A DNA stretch of 64,000 nt from an uncultured Acidobacteriota bacterium. Lineage in GTDB: Bacteria > Acidobacteriota > Vicinamibacteria > Vicinamibacterales > CAVVIG01. The notes below the pieces were generated by a model. The model was not told the origin of the DNA. It saw only the letters and a program-made list of their open reading frames with translations, and did no database searches. The stretch lies in contig CAVXGU010000004.1 in NCBI GenBank assembly GCA_963761615.1, positions 223,537-287,536 of the forward strand, in the 5' to 3' direction. Below are positions 8,729 to 18,338 of this stretch, in pieces (the first letter of the stretch is position 1; every line of letters starts with the position of its first letter). Made by a program: the position numbers and the translations under genes.

Positions 8729-11700
8729 CTAGACCCTCAGGACGTCGCCGGGCTTGGCCACCATCTCGTACAGCACCGGGTTCACGAAGAACCCGAGCAG
8801 CAGCCGGGAAATGAGGCCGGTGACGATCACGATCGCGAACGGCCGCTGCGTGTCGGAGCCGATGCCGGTCGAGAGTGCCGCCGGGAGGAGGCCGAGGCAC
8901 GCGACGAGGGCGGTCATCATGATGGGCCGCAGCCGCAGGAGCGAGGCTTCGCGCGTCGCCGTCCGGATGTCGGCGCCCTCGAGCCGCAGCTTGTTGATGT
9001 ACGACACCAGGATCACCGCGGTCTCGACGGACACGCCCATGAGCGCGAGCAGGCCCAGCACGGAGCTGACGCTGAACGGCGTGTGGCTCAGCCTCAGCGC
9101 GATCAGCGCGCCGACCGGCTGCGTCAGGAGGACGCCGAGGAGCACCGTCGCGGGGAACTTGAAGTTGTCGTAGAGGGCGAACAGGATCATGAAGACGAGC
9201 AGCGCCGCCAGCGGTCCGATCACGCTGAACTGGCTGCGCGCCGCCACGTACTCGCTGTACTCGCCGCCCCAGGACAGCGTGTAGCCCTCGGGCAGGGACA
9301 CGGCCTTGCTCACGGCCTGCTGGGCGTCGCTCACCGCGCGCGCCAGGTCGCGCCCCTCGATGCTGAACTGGACACCGATGTACCGCGAGTTGTTCTCGCG
9401 GTAGATGAACGAGGCGCCGTTGCTCTGGTGGAGCGTGGCGAGCTCGGAGATCGGCACGTGCTGGCCGGAGGGCGTGGGCACGAGCAGGTCGCCGATCGCG
9501 CGGATGCTGGAGCGGTACTCGGGCTTCATGCGCACGACGAGATCGAACCGGCGCTCGCCCTGGATGACCTGCGTCGCCGCCGCCCCGCCGACGCCCGCCT
9601 GGATCACGTCCTCGACATCCGCCACGTTGATGCCGTAGCGTGCGACCTTCTCGCGATCCACGTCCACCTGCACGCTCGGCTGTCCGAGCTCGCGCACGAC
9701 CGTCAGCTCGGTGAATCCGGGCACCTGCGAGAGCGCCCGCTTCACGTCGGTCGCCTTGTCCTCGAGCACCTGCAGGTCGGGCCCGTAGATCTTGACCGCC
9801 AGGGCGCTCTTGAGGCCGGTCAGCGCCTCGTCCACCGCATCCTCGGCCGGCTGCGTGTAGTTGAAGATCACGCCGGGGTAGGAGGCGAGCTTCTTCTGCA
9901 GGTCCTCCACCAGCTCCGCCTTGGTCCGGATCGGCCCCTGCTTCCACGTGCGATCCGAATAGGGCTTGAGGCCGACGTAGAACTCGCAGTTGAAGAATCC
10001 CGTCGGATCCGTGCCGTCGTCGGGCCGTCCGAGCTCCGAGCCGACGACGGTGACCTGCTGGTACGACATGAGGAGGCGCCGCACCTGTGGGGCGAACTGC
10101 GACGCCTCGTCGAACGAGATGGTGTACGGCAGGGTGGCGCGGACCCAGAGCGCGCCCTCGTCCAGGTGCGGCATGAACTCGCCGCCGATGCCCGGCACGA
10201 GCAGGAGCGAGGCGCCGAAGATCGCCGTGGCCCCGACCATGGTCGCCTTCGGATGATCGAGGCACCAGTCGAGCATCCAGCCGTAGACGTGCTTGACCCA
10301 CTCGTACGGCCGGTTGACGACTTCCTTGACACCGTGCGTGAACCAATAGGACGCCAGCACGGGCACCAGGGTCAGGGTGAAGATCAGGGCGCCGAGCAGG
10401 GCGTAGGACATCGTCTCCGCCATCGGATGGAAGAGCTTGCCCGAGGGGCCGCTCAGCGCGTAGATGGGGAGGTACCCGGCGAGGATGACGGCGACCGAGT
10501 AGAAGATCGGCCGGTCCACGTCGTGCGCCGCGGCGACGATCACGTCGCGCAGCTCGTAGACCTGCCCCTCGCGCAGCGCCAGCTCGCGGTAGATGTTCTC
10601 CATCATCACCACGGTGCCGTCGATGATGATCCCGAAGTCGATGGCGCCAATCGACAGCAGGTTGGCCGGAACCCCGCGGAGGTTGAGGCACGTGAAGGCG
10701 AACAGCAGGCCGAGGGGCACGGTCAGGGCGACGATGACCGCGGCCCGCACGCTGACCAGGAAGAAGATGAGGACGAGCAGGACCAGCGTCATGCCGAGCA
10801 CCAGGTTGTGCTCGACCGTGTCGATGGTCAGCTGCACGAGATCGCTCCGATCGTAGAAGGGCCGTACCTTCACGTCCGGAGGGAGGATCCCGTGGTTCAG
10901 CTCGTCGGTCTTCTTCTCGACGCCGGCGAGCACGTTCTGGGTCTGCTCGCCCCGGCGCATCAGGATCACGCCCTCGACGGCATCGTCGGTCGTCTGGAAC
11001 CCGAACTCACCGAGCCGCGGCGCGTTGCCGATGGTCACCTGGCCGATGTCGCGGACGTGGACCGGCGTGCCGTTGTTGCTCGAGACGACGATGCGGCCGA
11101 TGTCGTCGGTGTCCGTGACGAGGCCGAGGCCGCGCACGTAGACGAACTGCGAGCCCTGCGAGAAGAAGCCGCCCCCCGTGTTCGCGTTGTTGGCGGCCAG
11201 CGACGACATGACCTGCGAGAGCGGCAGGTGGTAGCCGAACAGCTTGGCCGGATCGAGCAGCACCTGGTACTGCATCACGGTGCCGCCGAATCCGGAGTCG
11301 TCCGCCACGCCCGGCACGGCCTTGTACGCCCGCTCGACGACCCAGTCCTCGAGGGTCTTGAGCTGCTGCGGCGTGCGGTCGGGGCTCTGCAGGACGTAGC
11401 GGTACACCAGCCCGGACGGGCTGAAGAGCGGCGACAGCCCGGGCGTCACGCCGTCCGGCAGCTGCGCGTCGCCGAGGCGCTCGAACACCACCTGGCGCGC
11501 GAAGTAGTCGTCGGTCGTCTCCTGGAACGTCATCCGGACGTCCGAGAGCCCGTAGAGCGAGATCGATCGCAGGGTCTCCATCCGCGGGACGCCGTTCATC
11601 TCGATCTCGATGGGCAGCGTGACCAGGCGCTCGACCTCTTCGGCGGCGTGGCCGGGCCACTGCGACACGATCTCGACCATCGGCGGCGACAGATCCGGAT

Positions 11701-11815
11701 AGGCGTCGACCGGCATCTGTCGGAAGGACATGGCGCCCGCGATGATCACGAGCGCCGTGAACATCAGCACGAAGAAGCGCTGGCGAAGGGCGAACTGGAC
11801 GATTCGGTGAATCAC
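8729..11815 (-). CDS. CusA/CzcA-family heavy-metal efflux RND permease
   Basis: 1028 aa with the typical N-terminus MI.RIV.FAL..R..V.......I..G......MP.DAYPD and 12-TM RND architecture. Confidence 0.95.
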   Translation of the reverse strand: MIHRIVQFALRQRFFVLMFTALVIIAGAMSFRQMPVDAYPDLSPPMVEIVSQWPGHAAEEVERLVTLPIEIEMNGVPRMETLRSISLYGLSDVRMTFQETTDDYFARQVVFERLGDAQLPDGVTPGLSPLFSPSGLVYRYVLQSPDRTPQQLKTLEDWVVERAYKAVPGVADDSGFGGTVMQYQVLLDPAKLFGYHLPLSQVMSSLAANNANTGGGFFSQGSQFVYVRGLGLVTDTDDIGRIVVSSNNGTPVHVRDIGQVTIGNAPRLGEFGFQTTDDAVEGVILMRRGEQTQNVLAGVEKKTDELNHGILPPDVKVRPFYDRSDLVQLTIDTVEHNLVLGMTLVLLVLIFFLVSVRAAVIVALTVPLGLLFAFTCLNLRGVPANLLSIGAIDFGIIIDGTVVMMENIYRELALREGQVYELRDVIVAAAHDVDRPIFYSVAVILAGYLPIYALSGPSGKLFHPMAETMSYALLGALIFTLTLVPVLASYWFTHGVKEVVNRPYEWVKHVYGWMLDWCLDHPKATMVGATAIFGASLLLVPGIGGEFMPHLDEGALWVRATLPYTISFDEASQFAPQVRRLLMSYQQVTVVGSELGRPDDGTDPTGFFNCEFYVGLKPYSDRTWKQGPIRTKAELVEDLQKKLASYPGVIFNYTQPAEDAVDEALTGLKSALAVKIYGPDLQVLEDKATDVKRALSQVPGFTELTVVRELGQPSVQVDVDREKVARYGINVADVEDVIQAGVGGAAATQVIQGERRFDLVVRMKPEYRSSIRAIGDLLVPTPSGQHVPISELATLHQSNGASFIYRENNSRYIGVQFSIEGRDLARAVSDAQQAVSKAVSLPEGYTLSWGGEYSEYVAARSQFSVIGPLAALLVFMILFALYDNFKFPATVLLGVLLTQPVGALIALRLSHTPFSVSSVLGLLALMGVSVETAVILVSYINKLRLEGADIRTATREASLLRLRPIMMTALVACLGLLPAALSTGIGSDTQRPFAIVIVTGLISRLLLGFFVNPVLYEMVAKPGDVLRV

Positions 11816-11828
11816 GGTGGGGCCCCGT

Positions 11829-12981
11829 TCAGCGCTGAAGCGAGTTCTGGAACTGCAGGAACAGCGAGCCGTCGCCCACGATCTTGTTGCCCGCCTGCAG
11901 CCCCGACAGGGCGATCGTGCGGCCGCCCTCGCTGTCGCCGAGCGTCACCGAGCGTCTGGCGAACTGCCGCTCCCCGGTCTGCACGTAGACGTACGGGAGG
12001 TTGTCGCTGTCGCGCAGCACGGCGGCGTCGGGGATCGCCAGCGCGTTGTCCACGACGCCGGCCCGGACCTCTGCGGTGACGTACATGTCCTTCTTGAGGC
12101 GCTCGCCGGGGTTCGCGACCGCGATGCGCGCCTGCAGCGTCCGCGTCGCCGGATCGAGGGCCGGCGCGATGTACTCGATCCGCCCGCGAAGCGTGCCGGG
12201 GTAGGTCTCGTTCGTGATCGCCGCCTCGTCTCCCACCTTCACCGCGCCGATGTCGTTCTGGTAGATGTTGACGAGCACCCAGACGCTGCTCATGTCCGAC
12301 AGCGTGAAGCACTGCGTGGCGCCGGCCTGCACCAGCTGCCCCTCCGAGCACAGGCGCTCGACGACTTCCCCCGCGCGGGGCGAGGCCAGCGGCGTCTCGG
12401 CCGCCGGCGGCCGGCCGACGAGGTCCTCCGGATTGGCGATGCCGAGGACGCGGATCGCCTCTTCGCTCGCCTCGAGATCCGCCTGGGCCTGCGCGCGCCC
12501 CGAGTCGGCCTGCTCGACGTCGGCCTGCGCCGCCGCGCCGTGCGCGAAGAGATCCTTCGTCCGCTGGTCGGCCTTGTCGGCGAGCTGGAAGGCGTCGCGC
12601 GCCTTGATGTACGAGGCCCGCAGCATCGAGAAGTCCGGGCTCGCGACCTCGAGCAGCGGCTCGCCCGCCTGCACGTGCTGGCCCGGGACGACGAGGATGC
12701 GGCTGACCGGTCCTCCCACCTGCGTGATCACCGGTGTCGTGAGAAAGGCATTGTAGGCGACCGTGCCCGTCAGCCGGAGCGTCCTGGCGACCGAGGTCGG
12801 GACGACCGAGTAGAATCTGCAGGTGAGCCATCTGATCCGCCGGCACCGTGAACGCGGCCTGAACCGGCGCGCTCTGGGAGGCGGAGAACGAGGTCATCTG
12901 GTTCGCCGGGCTGGCGCCCCCGCCGCATCCGGCGAGGGCGAGCGGCAGGACAATGGCCACGGTCCGTGTCAGCGTGCTCAT
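11829..12981 (-). pseudogene. efflux RND periplasmic adaptor (MFP), apparent 1-nt frame disruption near 12807-12814
   Basis: The lipoprotein-type N-terminus MSTLTRTVAIVLPLALAGCGG...FTVPADQMAHLQI (frame of 12981) continues only in another frame as VVPTSVARTLRLTGTVAYNAFLTTPVITQVGGPVSRILV... (frame of 11829). Removing one nucleotide around 12810 restores a normal adaptor. Confidence 0.8.
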
Positions 12982-14276
12982 GGGAGGCTCCTCGTGCCCA
13001 CCGCCTGCCGCAGCTGCTCGAGCGCCAGCATGTAGCCGGCGAGCGACTGGCGGTAGGCGAGCTGGGTCGTGCGATACGTCCGTTCGGCGTCCAGGAAGTC
13101 GATGAGCGGCCCGGAGCCGCGCTGGTAGGCGTACTGGCTGATGTCGCGCGAGTCCGACGCCTGCTGCAGGTAGCCGGATTCGTAGAGCCCGACCACCTGG
13201 TCCGCCGTCCGCAGGGCCTCGTAGGCGTTCGTCACGTCGGTGAGGACGATGGACGACTGCTCGCTCGAGAGCTCCTGCGACTGCGTGATCGCGAACTGCG
13301 TGCGGGCGATCTCGCCCTGGTTGCGGTCGAACAGGGGCAGGTCGATGTTCGCGAACAGCGACCCGGTGTTCATGGCGGCGACGTGCGTGTAGGAGAACTG
13401 CAGGCCGAGGTCGCGCTTGCCGTCCGCCTGCGCCAGCGCGCGCTGGCTCTGGGCGGCGGTCACGGCCAGCTGGGCTGCGCGCAGGTCGGGCCGCTGACGC
13501 AGCGCGAGGGCCTTCAGATCGTCCTCGCCGAGCGTGACCGGCTGGTGCGCGAGCGCGCCGGATACCTCGTAGGTGTCGGGCACGGATTCGTAGCCGAGCA
13601 GCTGGCGCAGGCTCGCGAGCGCCTGCACCCGCGCGAGCCGCGCCGACGACAGGTCCATCTGGAACTGGAGCAGCTGCAGCTTGATCTTGAGCAGGTCGCC
13701 CTGGCTCATCGAGCCCGCGTTGAAGCTGGACTGGCTGATGTCGACCGTCTGCTGAAAGCTGGCGAGATCCTGCTGGGCGAAGTCCACGTTGGACTGCGCG
13801 AGCAGTGCGGTGATGAACTGCGACGCGACGTTGAACGTCAGCGCCCGCTCGTCGTCGGCGACCTGGGACACCGTGACCGCCGTGGCGTCCCGCGCCGCCT
13901 GCAGCCGGTGCTGGCGCTTGCTGCCGCGCTCGAACAGGTACGAGACCCCCAGGTCGAACTGCGCGCTGTTGTTGAAGTAGTCGCTCGTGAAGTTGCCGGG
14001 GGAGAAGAGCGGCAGGAACTGCGTGTCGCCGACGAGCACGGGATTGGGCCGCAGGTTCGCCGTGATCTCGTCGGCCCGGCTCTGCTGGATGGTGGTCCGC
14101 ACGGCGAGCAGCGCGTGATTGTGCTGCAGGGCCATCGCGATCGCCTGGTCGAGCGTCACGCTCACCGGCGCCGTCTGCGGCGGGGCCTGGGCCGCCGCGG
14201 GCGGCGAGGCGAATACGGCCGCGGCGCCGACCGCCGCCAGGAGCCGCCGGTGTCGCGCTCCGAAGTTCAGATTCAT
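12978..14276 (-). CDS. TolC/CzcC-family outer membrane efflux protein
   Basis: 432 aa with a signal peptide and LTLDQAIAMALQHN..L pattern. It overlaps the adaptor start by 4 nt. Confidence 0.9.
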   Translation of the reverse strand: MNLNFGARHRRLLAAVGAAAVFASPPAAAQAPPQTAPVSVTLDQAIAMALQHNHALLAVRTTIQQSRADEITANLRPNPVLVGDTQFLPLFSPGNFTSDYFNNSAQFDLGVSYLFERGSKRQHRLQAARDATAVTVSQVADDERALTFNVASQFITALLAQSNVDFAQQDLASFQQTVDISQSSFNAGSMSQGDLLKIKLQLLQFQMDLSSARLARVQALASLRQLLGYESVPDTYEVSGALAHQPVTLGEDDLKALALRQRPDLRAAQLAVTAAQSQRALAQADGKRDLGLQFSYTHVAAMNTGSLFANIDLPLFDRNQGEIARTQFAITQSQELSSEQSSIVLTDVTNAYEALRTADQVVGLYESGYLQQASDSRDISQYAYQRGSGPLIDFLDAERTYRTTQLAYRQSLAGYMLALEQLRQAVGTRSLP

Positions 14277-14405
14277 AACCCCTGCCTGTCGGGCCCGCGC
14301 GCCAGACGGTGGACGATCGCCACCGTGGACGCTCGGGGCCTTGCTACGGGCGAAATCGAGAGAGTGCCGGTTGAACGGATGGCTTCGCGGGGCGAAGCCG
14401 CGGGC

Positions 14406-14768
14406 TCAGGCGTGTTCGGCTGGAGGGCCGCGCGAGGGGACGGAGAACGACAGCAGCGAGACGATGGGAACGGTTTCGGGCGGCGGACGCCGTCCGACTC
14501 GCGCGACGTGCGCGGTCGCGAGCGGCTGCGCCGAGAGCGCCAGATTCAGCAGGTGGAGGAAGTGGCAGAGGAGGCAGTGCTCGTCGGGCGTCTGGGACGG
14601 AGCGGTGCCGGAGGTGACGCGCAGCGGATGGTGGGTGAGGAGGACCGCGGCGGGATTGCAGCCGGGATCGTCCAGTCCGCTATGGCCCCACGCGGCCACC
14701 TCCGCGCAGAGAACCACGCTGATGAGCGTCGCGACGACCTGCGTCCACACGTACCGGCGCACGAACAT
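14406..14768 (-). CDS. hypothetical membrane-anchored Cys/His protein upstream of the czc-like operon
   Basis: 120 aa with one N-terminal TM helix and an HCLLCHFLH motif. Its position is analogous to small accessory genes of metal-efflux operons. No family assigned. Confidence 0.4.
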   Translation of the reverse strand: MFVRRYVWTQVVATLISVVLCAEVAAWGHSGLDDPGCNPAAVLLTHHPLRVTSGTAPSQTPDEHCLLCHFLHLLNLALSAQPLATAHVARVGRRPPPETVPIVSLLSFSVPSRGPPAEHA

Positions 14769-14904
14769 CTGGGCTGAGTCTCAGCCACTAACGGTAGTGG
14801 GCCTTGGTCTGCCTGTCAACGCGAGCGCCCCGCGGGTCACCGAGCGGCGGGGCTCCGGGCCGGTGTCCGGCCCGGAGCCCGCGTCGACTTCCCACCGGGC
14901 GAGC

Positions 14905-15330
14905 TCAGTGCACGGGAGGCGCCTTCACGACGCCGAGCTGCTGCATCAGGGCGAGGTTGTCTTCGATGCCCCAGTGTTCCGCGATCTTGCCGTCGGCGAA
15001 GCGCAGGAAGTGCTCCTCGTTGACGGTGATGGTGCGGCCCGTGGGCGCGATGCCCAGCAGCTCGCCCTTGTGCGTGCCGTGGGTGACCAGGCGGACCGCC
15101 ACCTTGTTGCCTTCCTCGACGATGTCCTCGATGCGCATGCGGAGATCGGGGAAGGCCGCGCGGTACATCGTGACGGTCTGCTTCAGGCCGGCCCGGTTGG
15201 CCGGGACCTTCGGCATCGGGGTGTGCTCGATGAAGTTGTCGGCGATCACCTCGTCCACCGTGGCGAGATTTCCCTTCTCGAACGCCTCGCTGATCAGACG
15301 ACGGACGGTGCTCTTGTGTGTTTCGGCCAT
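14905..15330 (-). CDS. ester cyclase (SnoaL-like)
   Basis: 141 aa starting at MAETHKSTVRRLISEAFEKGNLATVDEVIADNFIEH, the SnoaL-like polyketide-cyclase pattern. ATG at 15328..15330 verified. Confidence 0.85.
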   Translation of the reverse strand: MAETHKSTVRRLISEAFEKGNLATVDEVIADNFIEHTPMPKVPANRAGLKQTVTMYRAAFPDLRMRIEDIVEEGNKVAVRLVTHGTHKGELLGIAPTGRTITVNEEHFLRFADGKIAEHWGIEDNLALMQQLGVVKAPPVH

Positions 15331-15392
15331 GGTTCTACCCCCTTGTGTGGAACGTCCTCGACTCGACCGACTGCGGGCGGCGGCGGAGCCGC

Positions 15393-15662
15393 TCAACCCG
15401 GCGTGAGCTCGGCGATCTCGACCGGGAGGATCGCGTGGATCATCTCGACGAGCGCGTCCTCGTCGATCGCGTCGCCGTAGAGCTCGATCAGGGCGCCGGC
15501 GATCGGCGCACGCAGGTCCTCGTCGCGGTCGCTGCCCGAGAGCCGCGCCGCGGCCCGGGCCATCGCGGCCTGCCAGCGGCGGGTCGTGCGGAGTCCGCCG
15601 CTCTCGCGGCGGAGGAGACCGTCGCCCTCCAGGCGGGCCAGGCACGCAGGCTCCTCAGACAT
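15393..15662 (-). CDS. hypothetical protein
   Basis: 89 aa with high GC3. Its start overlaps the stop of the upstream CMD gene by 8 nt, which suggests coupling. No family recognised. Confidence 0.45.
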   Translation of the reverse strand: MSEEPACLARLEGDGLLRRESGGLRTTRRWQAAMARAAARLSGSDRDEDLRAPIAGALIELYGDAIDEDALVEMIHAILPVEIAELTPG

Positions 15663-16092
15663 GGGCCGGCTGCCTGGCGCCGGCGTGCACGCCGCTCGAC
15701 AACTGCTTCTTCACGTAGGCGATGACCTCGTGCGTCTCCTCGCGGAAGGTCTCGTAGTCGCACTGCGTGGCGTGGAGGAACGTGCTTGCCGCCATCGTGA
15801 CGCCGCCCATCAGGCTCGCTTCGGCGATCTCGGTCTTCGTGGCGCCGAAGAGCTTGGCGGCCTCGGTGTGGAACAGCGCGCAGTACCGGCAGCGCGTGGC
15901 GCCGGAGACCGCGATCCCGATGAGCTCCTTGTACTTGTTGGGAATCTGCGTCTCGGCGAGGTAGAAGTCGTGCATGAGGCTCCAGAACCCGTTCAAGCCG
16001 GGCTCCGGGATGTCGCGCATGAACGTCGGCACCTGACCGAATGCCGTCCGGATGTCGCGTAGAAGATCTTCTCGGCTGATTCCAGTCGCCAT
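15655..16092 (-). CDS. carboxymuconolactone decarboxylase (AhpD-like) family protein
   Basis: 145 aa starting at MATGISREDLL. Carries the motif ELIGIAVSGATRCRYCALFH (CxxC of the AhpD/CMD fold). ATG at 16090..16092 verified. Confidence 0.85.
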   Translation of the reverse strand: MATGISREDLLRDIRTAFGQVPTFMRDIPEPGLNGFWSLMHDFYLAETQIPNKYKELIGIAVSGATRCRYCALFHTEAAKLFGATKTEIAEASLMGGVTMAASTFLHATQCDYETFREETHEVIAYVKKQLSSGVHAGARQPAHV

Positions 16093-16553
16093 CTGCTCAC
16101 CTCCATGACCACGAACGAGCCATCTGTCGCGTGGGCGGTGTCGGCGGCGGCGCCCGGGCGAGGTGGCGCCGGCACGCGTCGGGGAAGGCGGCGGCAGCGG
16201 AGAGCTGATCTGAATGCAGGCCGGGGTGGGGGGCGAGGTCGGACTTCCAATCCGTCTCGTGTCCGAGAGAGACATGCTCGACAACGCCGCGCCGTGCCAC
16301 CGTCTTCGTCCCAACGGGGAGAGAGTTGCCCTACGTTCCCCTTGTAGCAAATGCGGCTGCGAGAAGGCAACACAACCGCAGCGCGCCAGGGCGCGCGCGT
16401 TGACCGGCCAACGCGTCCACATTTTGCGGCGACATCGCCACCAACGTGGCGGAGGGGATCTCGCCCTACGACGGGCTGCACCCTACCGAAGCCGGGTATG
16501 CGGAGCAGCCGAGTGCCATAATTCATCTGGTGGTTTCACGTCACCGGCCAGAG

Positions 16554-16721
16554 ATGGGACGCTACATGACCGCGGGCATCTACATCGTGCTGTTGGTCGC
16601 GACCATCGTCGCCGTGGACGTGCTGTTCTTCAGACACCAGTTCTGGCTGCGGCTGATGGTGAACGTTGGAATCGTCCTGATCTTCTCGGCCTTCTATTTC
16701 GGATTTCTGAAGCGTCCGTGA
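16554..16721 (+). CDS. small two-TM membrane protein
   Basis: The core TAGIYIVLLVATIVAVDVLFFRHQFWLRLMVNVGIVLIFSAFYFGFLKRP resembles a recurrent small membrane protein. The start is ambiguous (16554 or 16566). Confidence 0.45.
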   Translation: MGRYMTAGIYIVLLVATIVAVDVLFFRHQFWLRLMVNVGIVLIFSAFYFGFLKRP

Positions 16722-16815
16722 GCAGGGAAGCGTCCGTGAGCAGGGCGGATGCCGTTCCTCCACACCCGGCTGGACCCGGTGGTGGAGGGGCTGTAAACTG
16801 TTGATTCCACTCAAC

Positions 16816-16905
16816 GGAGAGATGTCCGAGTGGTTGAAGGAGCACGCTTGGAAAGCGTGTGTAGGGGAAACTCTACCGTGGGTTCGAATCCCACTCTCTC
16901 CGCCA
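16816..16905 (+). tRNA. tRNA-Ser (anticodon GGA)
   Basis: GGAGAGA...TCTCTCC acceptor stem plus G and an encoded CCA. Anticodon stem CACGC/GCGTG with loop TTGGAAA. Long variable arm (type II). T-arm GGGTTCGAATCCC. Confidence 0.9.
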
Positions 16906-16986
16906 CAAAATCCACGGTCACGTTGCGACCAGGGACCGACGCGCCGTCGCCGTGCGCCCAGGCCGCCGGGGTGGCAGAACCTGCCG

Positions 16987-17898
16987 CTACTGGTCAGGCG
17001 AGGCGACGTAACTCCTGCGTGCGCGCACCGTCATTCCCGGACGGTCGACCCTGACCTGCAGGTCGTGCAGTTTGCCGTCGAGGCTCTCCGGCGTGAAGCC
17101 GATGACGTACTGGCTGTGCAGCTCCTGCGCGACGCGCGCAAAGGTCGCTGACAGATCCGCGCCCTCTCGCAGCTCGAAGTAGCCGCCGCCGCTCTCGGCC
17201 GCGAGCTTCTTCAGACTCGGATCCGGATCCGTGTCGATCATCCGCCCACCAGCACCGCAGCGGCAGCGACTGTGAAATCCGATGGCATACACCATGTATC
17301 CCTCGGTCTGGGCGCGTTTGAGAACGGTCTTGTAGCTCACGTGCTTCCCCGGCCCCGGATCGTCGCTGCCGTCGGTGAATACGAGCACCACGCGCCGGCC
17401 CTTCAGCCCGGACAAGTCGGACATGCCGACGTCCACCGCATCCCACAGCCGTGTCCCGTTTCCGTACTGCAGCTTGTCCCGCAGGAACCGGACGAGCGCC
17501 TCGCTGTCGTTCGTGAACTCGGGACTCACGATGATCGTGTCCTCGAAGCTGCCGATGCGCGCGCGATCCTCCGGAAGCAGCCGCAGGAGAAACTGCTCCG
17601 CGCCGTCCTTCACCCGCGCGATGTTGTTCACCATGCTCCCGCTTTCATCGAGCAGGACGACGACGGTGATGGGCTGGATCTCGTTGACGAACAGCGTGAC
17701 GGCTTGTGGCTTCTTGTCGTCGAAGATCTCGAAGTCCTCCTTCGTCAGGTCGGGCACGAGCCTGCCGGTCGTGTCCGTCACGGTCGCGAAGAGCGGAACG
17801 GTCAGGGTCGCGGTCTTGAACGTCGGCGCCTGCGGCGCCGCCGTCACCCCGATGGCCGCCGCCACGATGAGCGTCACCCCTGAACCCAAACGCCACAT
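16987..17898 (-). CDS. VWA domain-containing secreted protein
   Basis: 303 aa starting at MWRLGSG. MIDAS-like LLDESGSM, then VLVFTDGSD. ATG at 17896..17898 verified. Confidence 0.85.
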   Translation of the reverse strand: MWRLGSGVTLIVAAAIGVTAAPQAPTFKTATLTVPLFATVTDTTGRLVPDLTKEDFEIFDDKKPQAVTLFVNEIQPITVVVLLDESGSMVNNIARVKDGAEQFLLRLLPEDRARIGSFEDTIIVSPEFTNDSEALVRFLRDKLQYGNGTRLWDAVDVGMSDLSGLKGRRVVLVFTDGSDDPGPGKHVSYKTVLKRAQTEGYMVYAIGFHSRCRCGAGGRMIDTDPDPSLKKLAAESGGGYFELREGADLSATFARVAQELHSQYVIGFTPESLDGKLHDLQVRVDRPGMTVRARRSYVASPDQ

Positions 17899-18052
17899 AT
17901 ATACCTTTCCGTCGGGCACCTGGATGTGACTCGGGACGTCCCGCCCGCGGGCCCGCGACCGATCCGCGCCACTCAGGGCCGCACGCCGGCGTTGTCGACG
18001 CCACCGTGATCGCGGTCCAAGGTGGCACGCGCCGGCTGCGGGCAGCGGCGCT

Positions 18053-18271
18053 TCAGCGATCCGCTCGATCCAATTCGCGCAACTCGTCGAGACGGAACCA
18101 TGTGAAGAGTGCGCCGAGCACAGCGCAGGTGCCGAGCACGAGTGCCGGAATCGCGATGACTGGCGCAATCGGCCAGCTTCCCAGGCCGACGAGAAAGCCG
18201 ATGACGGCGGTCGCCCTCAGCGTTCGCCACAGGCGTCCCATCGCCGTCATCGAATCCCACCACCGGGCCAC
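18053..18271 (-). CDS. small membrane protein (hypothetical)
   Basis: 72 aa with two hydrophobic segments. No family recognised. Confidence 0.35.
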   Translation of the reverse strand: MARWWDSMTAMGRLWRTLRATAVIGFLVGLGSWPIAPVIAIPALVLGTCAVLGALFTWFRLDELRELDRADR

Positions 18272-18338
18272 CCCCGCAGTCTACCGCTCCTTGCCGTCGC
18301 CTGACGCGCAGTCCCTCCGGCCGACGTCAGCTCTCGCG

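Noticed and set aside
8582-12079. Very long ORFs antisense to or out of frame with real genes. Examples: 8582..12079 (+), 8631..10691 (-), 2161..4323 (-), 2814..4382 (+), 52499..54619 (+), 61848..63962 (+), 35179..37338 (+), 37923..39953 (+).
   Set aside because: Their translations are Arg/Ala/Gly/Pro-rich low-complexity sequence with no motifs. They overlap genes with clear family signatures. Such shadow ORFs are expected at about 70% GC because stop codons are rare.
16816-16986. tRNA-Ser as an integration site of a genomic island.
   Set aside because: There is no integrase, no direct repeat of the tRNA 3' end downstream that I could find, and no compositional shift in the flanking genes.
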